Source: a virus
Lineage: Duplodnaviria > Caudoviricetes
Strand: one strand, 5' to 3'
IMG/VR virus record: IMGVR_UViG_3300048587_000172
Span: 1 to 57,392 of that record
Length of the DNA: 57,392 nt
The position numbers were made by a program, and so were the translations under genes. A model generated the notes under the pieces. It searched no databases. It saw only the letters and a list, made by a program, of their open reading frames with translations, and had not been told where the DNA came from. Below are positions 1 through 7,783 of this stretch, piece by piece (position 1 is the stretch's first letter; every line of letters begins with the position of its first letter).

Positions 1-1
1 T

Positions 2-265
2 ATTGTTGATTTTTATTATCCTTTTGAAAACTATATGGAATATTATAACAGTTTTTTCGGTGATGAAGAAACTATTAATGAAGAAGATAAATATGATACT
101 TTGAATGATGCACCACGCCGACAGAAGATTTCATATCTTACTTGTCATTCAAGTAGTATTACACCGCGAATTTATGATGATAACTCTTTAGTTAGGAAAG
201 GTTGGAACAAACCACCACGATATCATCGTAGCATTAATCGTGAAACCATCAGACAACAATTTTAA
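2..265 (+). CDS. hypothetical protein, 5'-truncated at window edge
   Basis: The frame of ORF 35..265 stays open upstream to position 2 (IVDFYYPFENYM...). Confidence 0.55.
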   Translation: MVDFYYPFENYMEYYNSFFGDEETINEEDKYDTLNDAPRRQKISYLTCHSSSITPRIYDDNSLVRKGWNKPPRYHRSINRETIRQQF

Positions 266-295
266 CCGCCGGATATCCGGCAAAGGAAGTGAATT

Positions 296-550
296 ATGAA
301 TATGACAGTAAATCAAGTGGAAGATGTAGCAGGACAACAGGTACAAACAAAAGAAGATCAAATGTTTGTATCTGATTTGTTGCGGAGTCTTAGCTATATC
401 CAAAATCCATCGGTGAAAACGATTTACGATATTGCTTATGATTGTGGATACGCTTCACGCCATAATCCATTTGTAAAGGCTATCATTACAATTAGTAAAG
501 AAGCTGATTTTGAATTGAGTGTTGATAAAGCAGTATCAACCATTATCTAA
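296..550 (+). CDS. hypothetical protein
   Basis: 84-aa ORF with AAGGAAG RBS. Confidence 0.7.
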   Translation: MNMTVNQVEDVAGQQVQTKEDQMFVSDLLRSLSYIQNPSVKTIYDIAYDCGYASRHNPFVKAIITISKEADFELSVDKAVSTII

Positions 551-601
551 CGTATAGTTGCAGTAATAATCAGAGATAGTCTACTTTTGAAGGAAGAAAC
601 T

Positions 602-949
602 ATGGGAAAGATAAATACATTATCACGGTATGAATGTCGGGAAATTGAAAACTGGTTAGAAAAGAAATGGGAAGAATTTAAAGGAAAGGGATATACAAAG
701 GAATTTATTGCGGAAATGTATATTAAGGATGTAAATCCTAAGTATAAAGTAACAAAATACAATATTGATGGCGCTGCTAAAGGTATTGGTAAATCGTGGT
801 TGGAGATTAACAATCGCGTTACAAACCTTGCTGTAGATAATGATAAATTAAACATCGTTATTCGTTCTCTTGTTAATATCTACAAGATATACGGTGAAAA
901 TGTACCGGAAGATTTGCAGGATATCTTTATGAAAATTAAAGGTAACTAA
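602..949 (+). CDS. hypothetical protein
   Basis: ORF 587..949; ATG at 602 follows GAAGGAAG. Confidence 0.7.
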   Translation: MGKINTLSRYECREIENWLEKKWEEFKGKGYTKEFIAEMYIKDVNPKYKVTKYNIDGAAKGIGKSWLEINNRVTNLAVDNDKLNIVIRSLVNIYKIYGENVPEDLQDIFMKIKGN

Positions 950-960
950 CAATCAACTTC

Positions 961-994
961 ACCTATCTAGTCGATAACACTACTAGATAGGTTT
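961..994 (+). terminator. intergenic hairpin, possible terminator
   Basis: ACCTATCTAGT (961-971) / ACTAGATAGGT (982-992), short T tail. Confidence 0.45.
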
Positions 995-1036
995 ATGTAA
1001 CAGATGTTGTTACAGTATATAAATGAAAGGAATAAA

Positions 1037-1591
1037 ATGCCGAAAGTAACAAAAATGAAAAAATTTCTGAAACAAATAAAAAAGGAACAACTAAATCAAC
1101 CTGAAATTCGTATTAAATATATAGTAATGCAATTACAAACGACAATGGATGAAAAAGGTATTAGCTTTGGAATACTAATACCTTTTATTGTGGAAGGTAG
1201 TAACAGGTACGACGCAATTAGACAATTGTGCATCCATCCAAAATCACGTGGGTTTTTCGGTAAACAATATACTGAACTATTCGTTATTGATAGTGAGGAT
1301 ATTGAATGTTACGATTTACAGGAAAACATTTATAATTGGGCAGTAACATTAATAGACCCTTATGATACAGAACTGTCTATTTCTTTTGCTAAACATGTAG
1401 TTGAAAATTTTAAAAGAAAATATAAAGATAGAGAGATTACTCAATTGGATTATGTGGATAAAGATAAATTTCATGCTTATTATCTAAAAGAAGAAAAAGA
1501 AAAATCTAACGAAACTGAATTGATAACTCCTGAAAAGAAAGAAAACCCAAATACTATCAAACCCGATCCTAGTAAAAAATTCTATAATTAA
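1037..1591 (+). CDS. hypothetical protein
   Basis: ORF 1004..1591; ATG 1037 after GAAAGGA. Confidence 0.7.
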   Translation: MPKVTKMKKFLKQIKKEQLNQPEIRIKYIVMQLQTTMDEKGISFGILIPFIVEGSNRYDAIRQLCIHPKSRGFFGKQYTELFVIDSEDIECYDLQENIYNWAVTLIDPYDTELSISFAKHVVENFKRKYKDREITQLDYVDKDKFHAYYLKEEKEKSNETELITPEKKENPNTIKPDPSKKFYN

Positions 1592-1618
1592 CGATTAAAT
1601 ATTACAAAGGGACAACAA

Positions 1619-1873
1619 ATGACCGAATCACTAAGATTTAACGAACGTACAGAATCAACCCGTATGGCTGTAGCAAGGCGTCTACAACATGAGAGAATCA
1701 GCCGGGCTATGTCACTTGATGAATTTTCACTTTTCACTGGCATACATCGAATGATGTTGTGGCGTTGGGAAACTGAAAGAAGCATTCCGGATGCGTCGTC
1801 AATTTGTCGTCTTGCTGAACGGTTAAACTGTTCAACCGATTATCTTTTGGGACGTACCGAATCAAAAAATTAA
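1619..1873 (+). CDS. XRE/Cro-C1 family HTH transcriptional regulator
   Basis: RL..ER..R.MS..EFS..TGI....L.RWE.....P......LA..L..S.DYLLG pattern. Confidence 0.9.
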   Translation: MTESLRFNERTESTRMAVARRLQHERISRAMSLDEFSLFTGIHRMMLWRWETERSIPDASSICRLAERLNCSTDYLLGRTESKN

Positions 1874-1892
1874 AATTTTTGATTTAAAACGT

Positions 1893-1920
1893 TTGACATT
1901 GAAAATTCTCATGGTATATT
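1893..1920 (+). promoter_or_regulatory. sigma70-type promoter
   Basis: TTGACA-N16-TATATT with extended -10 TG, upstream of gene at 2005. Confidence 0.75.
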
Positions 1921-2004
1921 TCTCTTAGTTAAATAACGGTGTGAACAGTGAGTCACACCAAAACTACAACAGACGCTATAGCGTCAAAGAAAGGTTAGTG
2001 GATC

Positions 2005-2580
2005 ATGGCAAATGCAGTTTCAAAGGTAGGCGGTTTGAAGGGTGCAACGGCAACGAATGCAGCAAAGGCACCAGCAGGTGCAACGAATGCACCTGCTGAA
2101 AAGCAGAAGAAGCCGCGCGGAATGCAACCAAAGGCACCTTACAATTTTAAGGATGCAAAGATTTATGATACCGATGGTAATTCATCGCCTATCCTGAATG
2201 AACAAGGTAAGTTGCTTGCACTTCCGCGCGAATTTAAGGATTCGGATGGTAAGCTGATTCAAGAAGGTTTCAATTTTAAGAAGCATAAGCCACTTTCAAA
2301 AGAAGAGTTTGCGGATGAGCCGCTGTTCCTTTTGTATAAAGCTGAAAATCTTGAATGGCGTTCGAATCGTGGTTTGAAGCAGGCAGCTAACCTGCGCAAG
2401 AATGCTGAATTGTGGAAGACTCAAGGCGATCCAGTTAAGCGTAAGAAGCTTTCGAAGATTCAGAAGATGCGCGAAGCAATGGCTAAGCTTGAGGCTGAAC
2501 TTGAAGCCGAAGGCGTAGATATGTCAGACTTTAGGTCGAAGGCAGACAGCGCAGAGGCGGAACTGACCGCTGCTGAATAA
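2005..2580 (+). CDS. hypothetical Lys/Ala-rich protein with C-terminal coiled coil
   Basis: 191-aa ORF, GAAAGG RBS, own promoter, downstream hairpins. Confidence 0.8.
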   Translation: MANAVSKVGGLKGATATNAAKAPAGATNAPAEKQKKPRGMQPKAPYNFKDAKIYDTDGNSSPILNEQGKLLALPREFKDSDGKLIQEGFNFKKHKPLSKEEFADEPLFLLYKAENLEWRSNRGLKQAANLRKNAELWKTQGDPVKRKKLSKIQKMREAMAKLEAELEAEGVDMSDFRSKADSAEAELTAAE

Positions 2581-2594
2581 GTATGAAATTTAGC

Positions 2595-2622
2595 TTGACT
2601 TCGCACATTTTCAGGCTAAATT
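2595..2622 (+). promoter_or_regulatory. putative sigma70-type promoter embedded in an inverted repeat
   Basis: TTGACT(2595)-N16-TAAATT(2617) inside hairpin arms 2587-2598/2611-2622. Confidence 0.5.
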
Positions 2623-2627
2623 ACAAC

Positions 2628-2730
2628 AATCAAGTCAGTCTTAACGGGTTGGCTTGATTTTCCTTCCTTTCGACGTACAGGCGGCCCGTTTGACTGTCGG
2701 GCCGCCTGTAGACTGGAAGAATAACAGTCA
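2628..2730 (+). ncRNA. candidate structured RNA or leader (terminator-like hairpin plus GC-rich hairpin/pseudoknot)
   Basis: 14-bp G-U-containing stem 2628-2659 plus pyrimidine tail; perfect 13-bp stem 2676-2688/2698-2710; loop TGACTGT complementary to ACAGTCA 2724-2730. Confidence 0.45.
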
Positions 2731-2763
2731 TTATTGATAGTTTATTGATGGTTTATTGATAGT
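2731..2763. repeat. 3 x 11-bp tandem repeat TTATTGAT(A/G)GT
   Basis: ttattgatagt ttattgatggt ttattgatagt read directly. Confidence 0.85.
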
Positions 2764-2789
2764 ACAGTCTTTTGTGATAGGTCAATTTA

Positions 2790-3116
2790 ATGCAAAAACA
2801 CCCTTATAAACCCACTTTAACACCAGCGCAGCGAGAAGCTGAACTACTCCGAAATATTAAATTCTACGATCATGTTACCGAACATGGCGCGGAAGAATTA
2901 GCTGAATTAGAAAAAAAGCGCGACGAAATTCAAACACGAATTAACGCGGTTCATCAACGTATTAAAGATGCACCAGAAAAACGCGCACGTGCGGTTGAAC
3001 TTTTGCAGGCTGTTCGCAAATCAATTCACCTAAAAGAAGTTGCACCAAAACTAGATAGACTGCAAAAGTTGCAGGCGGAAATGGATAAACTCAAAAACGA
3101 AATTGGGGATGAGTAA
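2790..3116 (+). CDS. hypothetical coiled-coil protein
   Basis: 108-aa ORF with heptad-like E/K/L/R content. Confidence 0.75.
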   Translation: MQKHPYKPTLTPAQREAELLRNIKFYDHVTEHGAEELAELEKKRDEIQTRINAVHQRIKDAPEKRARAVELLQAVRKSIHLKEVAPKLDRLQKLQAEMDKLKNEIGDE

Positions 3117-3453
3117 TGTTGACAACAGAAAACGAATACTATTTGCTTAGTCAGTTAATTAATACTCCTAACAGAAGAGTAGCGAAACAAATTGAATTAC
3201 ATATATTAGTACAGGTTGGATAGCAAATCCTACCATACTAAGTAAATACATTGAATTGTTATTGTCTACCGAAGATGATAATGGTGAGTTTGAAAAACTA
3301 GCCGTTCAATATCAACAAGAATCTAATGTACAATATCGAATTGTTGATAATGAAGTGTTTATCATAAATGGAAAAGATTTTGAAAAGTTTGATGGTGAAG
3401 CGCTAGAAAAGATAGATCAAGCGCATTTAGCTTTAATTAAAGAATTGTTCTAA
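3116..3453 (+). pseudogene. frameshifted paralog of 6654..6998
   Basis: ORF 3116-3223 (MLTTENEYYLL...LHI) plus -1 frame from 3208 (STGWIANPTILSKYIE...) align end to end with MITSLNEFDLL...HIFYDCNIAQPTILARYIE. Confidence 0.7.
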
Positions 3454-3486
3454 TTCGAATTGGGTTTAATAAGTAGGTAACAGTCA

Positions 3487-4413
3487 ATGTCAAACGGATA
3501 CACTTTCGAAAATTTCAACCATACAAATCTACTACGACCAAAAAATTATAATGGTCAAGATGTAGCTTACTATCAGGAAAAGAAAGATGGTATCAGAATC
3601 ACGATTTTTAAGTCTGACAGTGGTATTCGTGCTATTACCCGCAATGGTATTACCGACTACGCTAGTGAATTGTTGGCTATACCTAGACTCAAAAAAGAAA
3701 TCGAAAACTTACCTGATAAAACGATACTTGATTGCGAAGCGTATGTACCCGGTGTGCAAGCTGCTAATATTGTTACTCATTTATTGCAATCGTCGCGCGA
3801 CTTACGATTAGGTGTATTCGCGGCACCTTTTTATGATGGATTTTGCTATATAAATGCTGATATCAGAGATATGGATAATTTCTTCTCTGATACACTTTCT
3901 GAAAATCGAAGTAATAATTGTTTAGTTTCTCCCTTACATTGGGTAGAAGTTTATTCACTATCAGCGGAGTTTGCAGGCAACACTCCGCAAATCTGCGCAG
4001 AATTGTTACTTGAACGTGCGAAACGAAATAAAATTGAAGGTTATGTACTCAAAAATGGGCACTATCATCAATGGTATAAATTGAAACCCACAAAGACAGT
4101 TGATTGTTTTGTGGTTGGTTACAACAAATCAACCAGTGGGACGTTTCTAGGCGGGTTAAAGTCTCTGCAAGTGGCTGTACACGATGATGAGAATTATAAC
4201 GGTAGTCAAGATGGTATTTATTTTCGGAATATTGGATTAGTTCCAAGTGGGTTTGATGCCGACTATCGTATGGAAGTTGATTTAGATTCATTGATAGGTA
4301 AAGTTTGTGAAGTAGAGTTTGATTCGTGGACAGACTATAGAAAACTTAAATTCCCACGTTTCTTACGCTGGCGTGAAGATAAGACGCGCGAAGAATGTAC
4401 ACTTGTCGAATAG
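3487..4413 (+). CDS. lig: ATP-dependent DNA ligase
   Basis: Motif I QEKKDGIR, III LDCEAY, IV EGYVLK, V KLKP, VI KFPRFLRWREDK. Confidence 0.93.
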   Translation: MSNGYTFENFNHTNLLRPKNYNGQDVAYYQEKKDGIRITIFKSDSGIRAITRNGITDYASELLAIPRLKKEIENLPDKTILDCEAYVPGVQAANIVTHLLQSSRDLRLGVFAAPFYDGFCYINADIRDMDNFFSDTLSENRSNNCLVSPLHWVEVYSLSAEFAGNTPQICAELLLERAKRNKIEGYVLKNGHYHQWYKLKPTKTVDCFVVGYNKSTSGTFLGGLKSLQVAVHDDENYNGSQDGIYFRNIGLVPSGFDADYRMEVDLDSLIGKVCEVEFDSWTDYRKLKFPRFLRWREDKTREECTLVE

Positions 4414-4421
4414 GTGATACT

Positions 4422-4622
4422 ATGGCAAAACGGAAACAATCTATACCGTATTTAAAACCATGTTCAATACCGTCTAAATTAGTGGAAGAATCTCTTTTAA
4501 ATTAGTATCTCTGTGACCCGTGGTATAAATCAGATATGAAAACATTACAAACTGGTAGATTCGATCATAGAAAAGAGAATAGATCGAATACACCTAAACA
4601 TTTCGATCTACCAGAAGAATAA
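4422..4622 (+). pseudogene. small ORF with in-frame TAG (4503-4505)
   Basis: AGGTGA RBS, ATG 4422, 27 codons, TAG, then 38 further sense codons to TAA 4622, filling the intergenic gap. Confidence 0.35.
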
Positions 4623-4660
4623 AATGTAGCTGACTTGATTAACCTTAAGAAGGAATAATT

Positions 4661-4903
4661 ATGAAGTTTTTACCAGAAGTAACGTCATTTTTTGTGTTTG
4701 TAATTATGGTTCTAGCCTTTACCATATCTCTAGACAAGTATCTATCAGTAAATAGTGTAGAAGATATGAAAATTAATGCAATTTTCGGGGTGGTTATAGG
4801 TATAGGAATTTTAGTTGTTCGTGTAAAAGTAGATTTGCGTAATCTCCAAAAAGAAGTTAAAGACTTGAGAGATAATACTACTGAAAATAAGAAAGTGGAT
4901 TAA
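4661..4903 (+). CDS. small membrane protein (2 TM)
   Basis: Two hydrophobic segments and a charged tail; AAGGA RBS. Confidence 0.7.
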   Translation: MKFLPEVTSFFVFVIMVLAFTISLDKYLSVNSVEDMKINAIFGVVIGIGILVVRVKVDLRNLQKEVKDLRDNTTENKKVD

Positions 4904-4964
4904 TACAAATCTTATCATATGGTGCGCAAAGAGATTTTGCGACAGGCAAAGATAAGATTTTTAC

Positions 4965-5047
4965 CGGGATATGGCGGAATGGCAGACGCTACGGACTTAA
5001 AATCCGTTGTTAGAAATAACGTAAGGGTTCGAATCCCTTTATCCCGA
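4965..5047 (+). tRNA. trnL: tRNA-Leu(UAA), no encoded CCA
   Basis: Acceptor CGGGATA/TATCCCG, D-arm TGGCGGAATGGCAGACGC, anticodon stem ACGGA/TCCGT with loop CT-TAA-AA, long variable arm, T-loop TTCGAAT. Confidence 0.93.
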
Positions 5048-5156
5048 TTGTGCAAATGATAGTTTGAAGAGTCTCTATCAGGCGCACAATTAGTAACATC
5101 TACCACCGCAAATAGATGTTGCAACTTAGAGTGTTATTACCCTTAACACTCTTCAT

Positions 5157-5184
5157 AGCCAGTAGGTGAAGCTGGTTTATTTTT
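5157..5184 (+). terminator. intrinsic terminator candidate
   Basis: AGCCAGT/GCTGGTT stem followed by TATTTTT. Confidence 0.5.
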
Positions 5185-5213
5185 GATAACATTTTGATAG
5201 AAAGGATAAGATT

Positions 5214-5609
5214 ATGTCAAAGAAAGTTACTAAGGTTATTATTCGGGATAGTAACGGACAAGTTCAAACAACAAAATTTCATTCATATAAAAAACAGAAA
5301 CTAGCTAAGGAGTCTGCAAACAAAATCAAACTTCTTGAAAGACAGTTAGATAAAGAGAAAGATAATCTACGTAATCTGACAAAACCTAGACTAACACCTT
5401 TTCAGATTGGACGATTAGCAGCACATGTAGCTACTACTGTGGAACTTTACCCTGATGATACAACTGATAAGTGGGGACAGCATTTGAAAGATTTGATTAA
5501 TGAAGATAGAAATCTTCCAAATTATTTTCAAACTGAAATAGCCTCTAAATATAACGGGATTGTCGGACCAACAGATTTGATTCAAGAATTTTTCGAATAT
5601 TTCGGTTAA
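5214..5609 (+). CDS. hypothetical protein
   Basis: 131-aa ORF, GAAAGGA RBS. Confidence 0.75.
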   Translation: MSKKVTKVIIRDSNGQVQTTKFHSYKKQKLAKESANKIKLLERQLDKEKDNLRNLTKPRLTPFQIGRLAAHVATTVELYPDDTTDKWGQHLKDLINEDRNLPNYFQTEIASKYNGIVGPTDLIQEFFEYFG

Positions 5610-5665
5610 AGTTTCTTTTGGTACTGGCCGATATAAAGGGTAGGAACTTAACCGAAAGGAAACAA

Positions 5666-6010
5666 ATGTTGAAGTCTTTGCATGTGATTTACTGTGATAT
5701 GTGCCAGAATGAGATTATTCAAATTCTTGGCAATGAACCGCCATCGGTTGATGCAATTAAATTAACCGGTGTTGTAGTTGACGATAAAGGCGCACACTTC
5801 TGTAGGAAGTGTTACGGATACGAAAAAATTATCCGATTTGGTAAGACCTACGGAATGTCAGCTACAAATATTAAAGATAAACTGAATAAAATTGCTGTGG
5901 ATATCGACTATAGCAATATTGAAATGAGGGTGGCCGGTCATTTCATGGAAGAAAATGAAATAGAAGCAATCCGTAATCGTCAACGCGATAACAATTTCAA
6001 AATTAGGTAA
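5666..6010 (+). CDS. Zn-finger protein with family-A DNA polymerase motif B and motif A peptides
   Basis: CDMC...CRKC; KIIRFGKTYGMSA (motif B-like); DYSNIEMRVAGH (motif A-like); GAAAGGA RBS before ATG 5666. Confidence 0.7.
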   Translation: MLKSLHVIYCDMCQNEIIQILGNEPPSVDAIKLTGVVVDDKGAHFCRKCYGYEKIIRFGKTYGMSATNIKDKLNKIAVDIDYSNIEMRVAGHFMEENEIEAIRNRQRDNNFKIR

Positions 6011-6016
6011 TCTAAT

Positions 6017-6397
6017 ATGTCTCAATTACTTAACAACTTTGCAGCAGAAATTCATCGTCGTAACATCGAACAATTGCGCGGCATGGCAATTAACGATCAA
6101 CCTAAAACCGTTGCCTCTGAATTGATTGAAGGGTTAGAGGAATATAGAGATTCATTGAATGGTTTGACAGTTGAAGAAAAGAGAGTTTTAGATAAATTGA
6201 GACTCTATTACGGTGATACTACGGTTAATATCGGTAAAAAAATATGGCATTTTAGTCATAAATTAAACGAGTATGATAGTGAGTACAGAATTACTATATT
6301 TTCTAAGAAAGAAGAAAGTAAATGTGAATCTGTAATAATGAAAACATTAAATGAAGCTTTACGTTGTGTATTTGAAGTAATTCCAAAGGATTTTTAG
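6017..6397 (+). CDS. hypothetical protein
   Basis: 126-aa ORF in tightly packed operon. Confidence 0.7.
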   Translation: MSQLLNNFAAEIHRRNIEQLRGMAINDQPKTVASELIEGLEEYRDSLNGLTVEEKRVLDKLRLYYGDTTVNIGKKIWHFSHKLNEYDSEYRITIFSKKEESKCESVIMKTLNEALRCVFEVIPKDF

Positions 6398-6399
6398 AT

Positions 6400-6657
6400 A
6401 TGGTTAGTGAATACGATGATGGTACAATTCTAATATCTAATAACTATACACAAATTTATTTATTACCAATAAATATTGAAGTAGTTACAATGGAAATAAA
6501 TAGACTTATTACTTTTTATTGTAAAAGTGGAAGTCTTATTATACTAGATTACTATCAGCAATATAATAATACTTCAGAATTGTCATATCAAGATAAGATT
6601 GAAAGAGAAAAATCTTGTAAAAATGATTTTAAACTTTTAACAACAATCATCAAATGA
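6400..6657 (+). CDS. hypothetical protein
   Basis: 85-aa ORF, ATGA overlap with next gene. Confidence 0.65.
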   Translation: MVSEYDDGTILISNNYTQIYLLPINIEVVTMEINRLITFYCKSGSLIILDYYQQYNNTSELSYQDKIEREKSCKNDFKLLTTIIK

Positions 6658-6998
6658 TTACATCACTGAACGAATTTGATTTGCTGACTAAGTTAATGGT
6701 AATGCAGGATCGTCATTTAGCTATGATGATTTGGCAACATATTTTCTACGATTGTAATATTGCGCAACCAACAATATTAGCAAGGTATATAGAATTTATG
6801 TATAAATCTGATACAAAAGATGACGTATCTACTTTTGAAGAATTATCACGAATTTATTTGCAAGAGGAAGGTATTCAATTTTATATTAGTTTGTATGGAT
6901 ACCCTCAAAGAATGAATAATCAACCTAAATCGCCAGATTATAAATTGATAATGAAAGATGAATTAGTAACAGCAGAAGCGCAAGAACCTAAAATTTAA
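6654..6998 (+). CDS. hypothetical protein, intact paralog of 3116..3453
   Basis: 114-aa ORF with internal similarity to the broken gene. Confidence 0.75.
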   Translation: MITSLNEFDLLTKLMVMQDRHLAMMIWQHIFYDCNIAQPTILARYIEFMYKSDTKDDVSTFEELSRIYLQEEGIQFYISLYGYPQRMNNQPKSPDYKLIMKDELVTAEAQEPKI

Positions 6999-7114
6999 TC
7001 TTGACGAACGGACTAGTAGTCAAGTATGTGAAAGTATGTTAGGTGTGACCGCCGAGCCTAACAGAAAATATGCACATGCAAAATCGGCGGCCCCATTTTA
7101 AAAGGGAAGATAAT

Positions 7115-7783
7115 ATGAAACTAATAATTGGTATTACAGATACTATTGTTACACCATCAGAATCTATTGATTTTGACTATAACGATTATTTACATTATGG
7201 AAAGATAGATAACTACAAATATGAATTATCAGAATATGACATTGTATATACTGGATGGCCAATAGAGCAATTAGGGACGTATCAACTATCTCTATATCAG
7301 TTAATGAATCGTCGTCCAAGACAAGTCATTTTTAACCAAACTTATATAGATCAAGATAAGTTATCTGTAATGTTCTCAATTGACACTGCAAATCACTTTC
7401 TGAAAGAAATGAATATTGTACCGGGAAGGGTAGTTTTAGTTAATTCGCCTAAAATTGGTGAACGTACTAGAATGCCATGTATTTATAAACACTGTTCCCG
7501 GCCAGAATCGAATGTACGATTGTATTGGGATGTTAACAACGGATTGTTAGCTGGACATACCCTATCCTCACAACTTAGCCTATTAGACTCATTAAAATCA
7601 GTTCCAGAAGCTATACAGATTCATTCTATTAAAACTTTAGAAATGATAGAAGTAATTGAAATCTTAAGTTTTTGTAATATGTATGATGTACCAGTAATTA
7701 CTACTACTCAAAAAGACTACGACTTAATTACTCATAAGTTCAGATTCGAACCGATTAAACCTAAAAACAAAATTGGATTATGA
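7115..7783 (+). CDS. degenerate endonuclease IV / xylose-isomerase-like TIM-barrel protein
   Basis: VVLVNSPKIG, RLYWDVNNGLLAGHTL, AIQIHS, DVPVITTT follow the order of Nfo motifs ILLENTAGQG, VCLDTCHLFAAGYDL, HLND, IPLILET, but without the metal ligands. Confidence 0.5.
   Translation: MKLIIGITDTIVTPSESIDFDYNDYLHYGKIDNYKYELSEYDIVYTGWPIEQLGTYQLSLYQLMNRRPRQVIFNQTYIDQDKLSVMFSIDTANHFLKEMNIVPGRVVLVNSPKIGERTRMPCIYKHCSRPESNVRLYWDVNNGLLAGHTLSSQLSLLDSLKSVPEAIQIHSIKTLEMIEVIEILSFCNMYDVPVITTTQKDYDLITHKFRFEPIKPKNKIGL

Noticed and set aside
4503-4505. Genome-wide TAG reassignment or a suppressor tRNA
   Set aside because: TAG ends well-defined genes at expected positions (ligase 4413, minor head 32614, DUF2163-like 45160), long genes are intact in the standard code, and the tRNA anticodon is TAA (Leu)
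4965-5047. Group I intron in tRNA-Leu(UAA) or an attP site
   Set aside because: The anticodon loop is uninterrupted; no integrase or duplicated tRNA 3' end is seen
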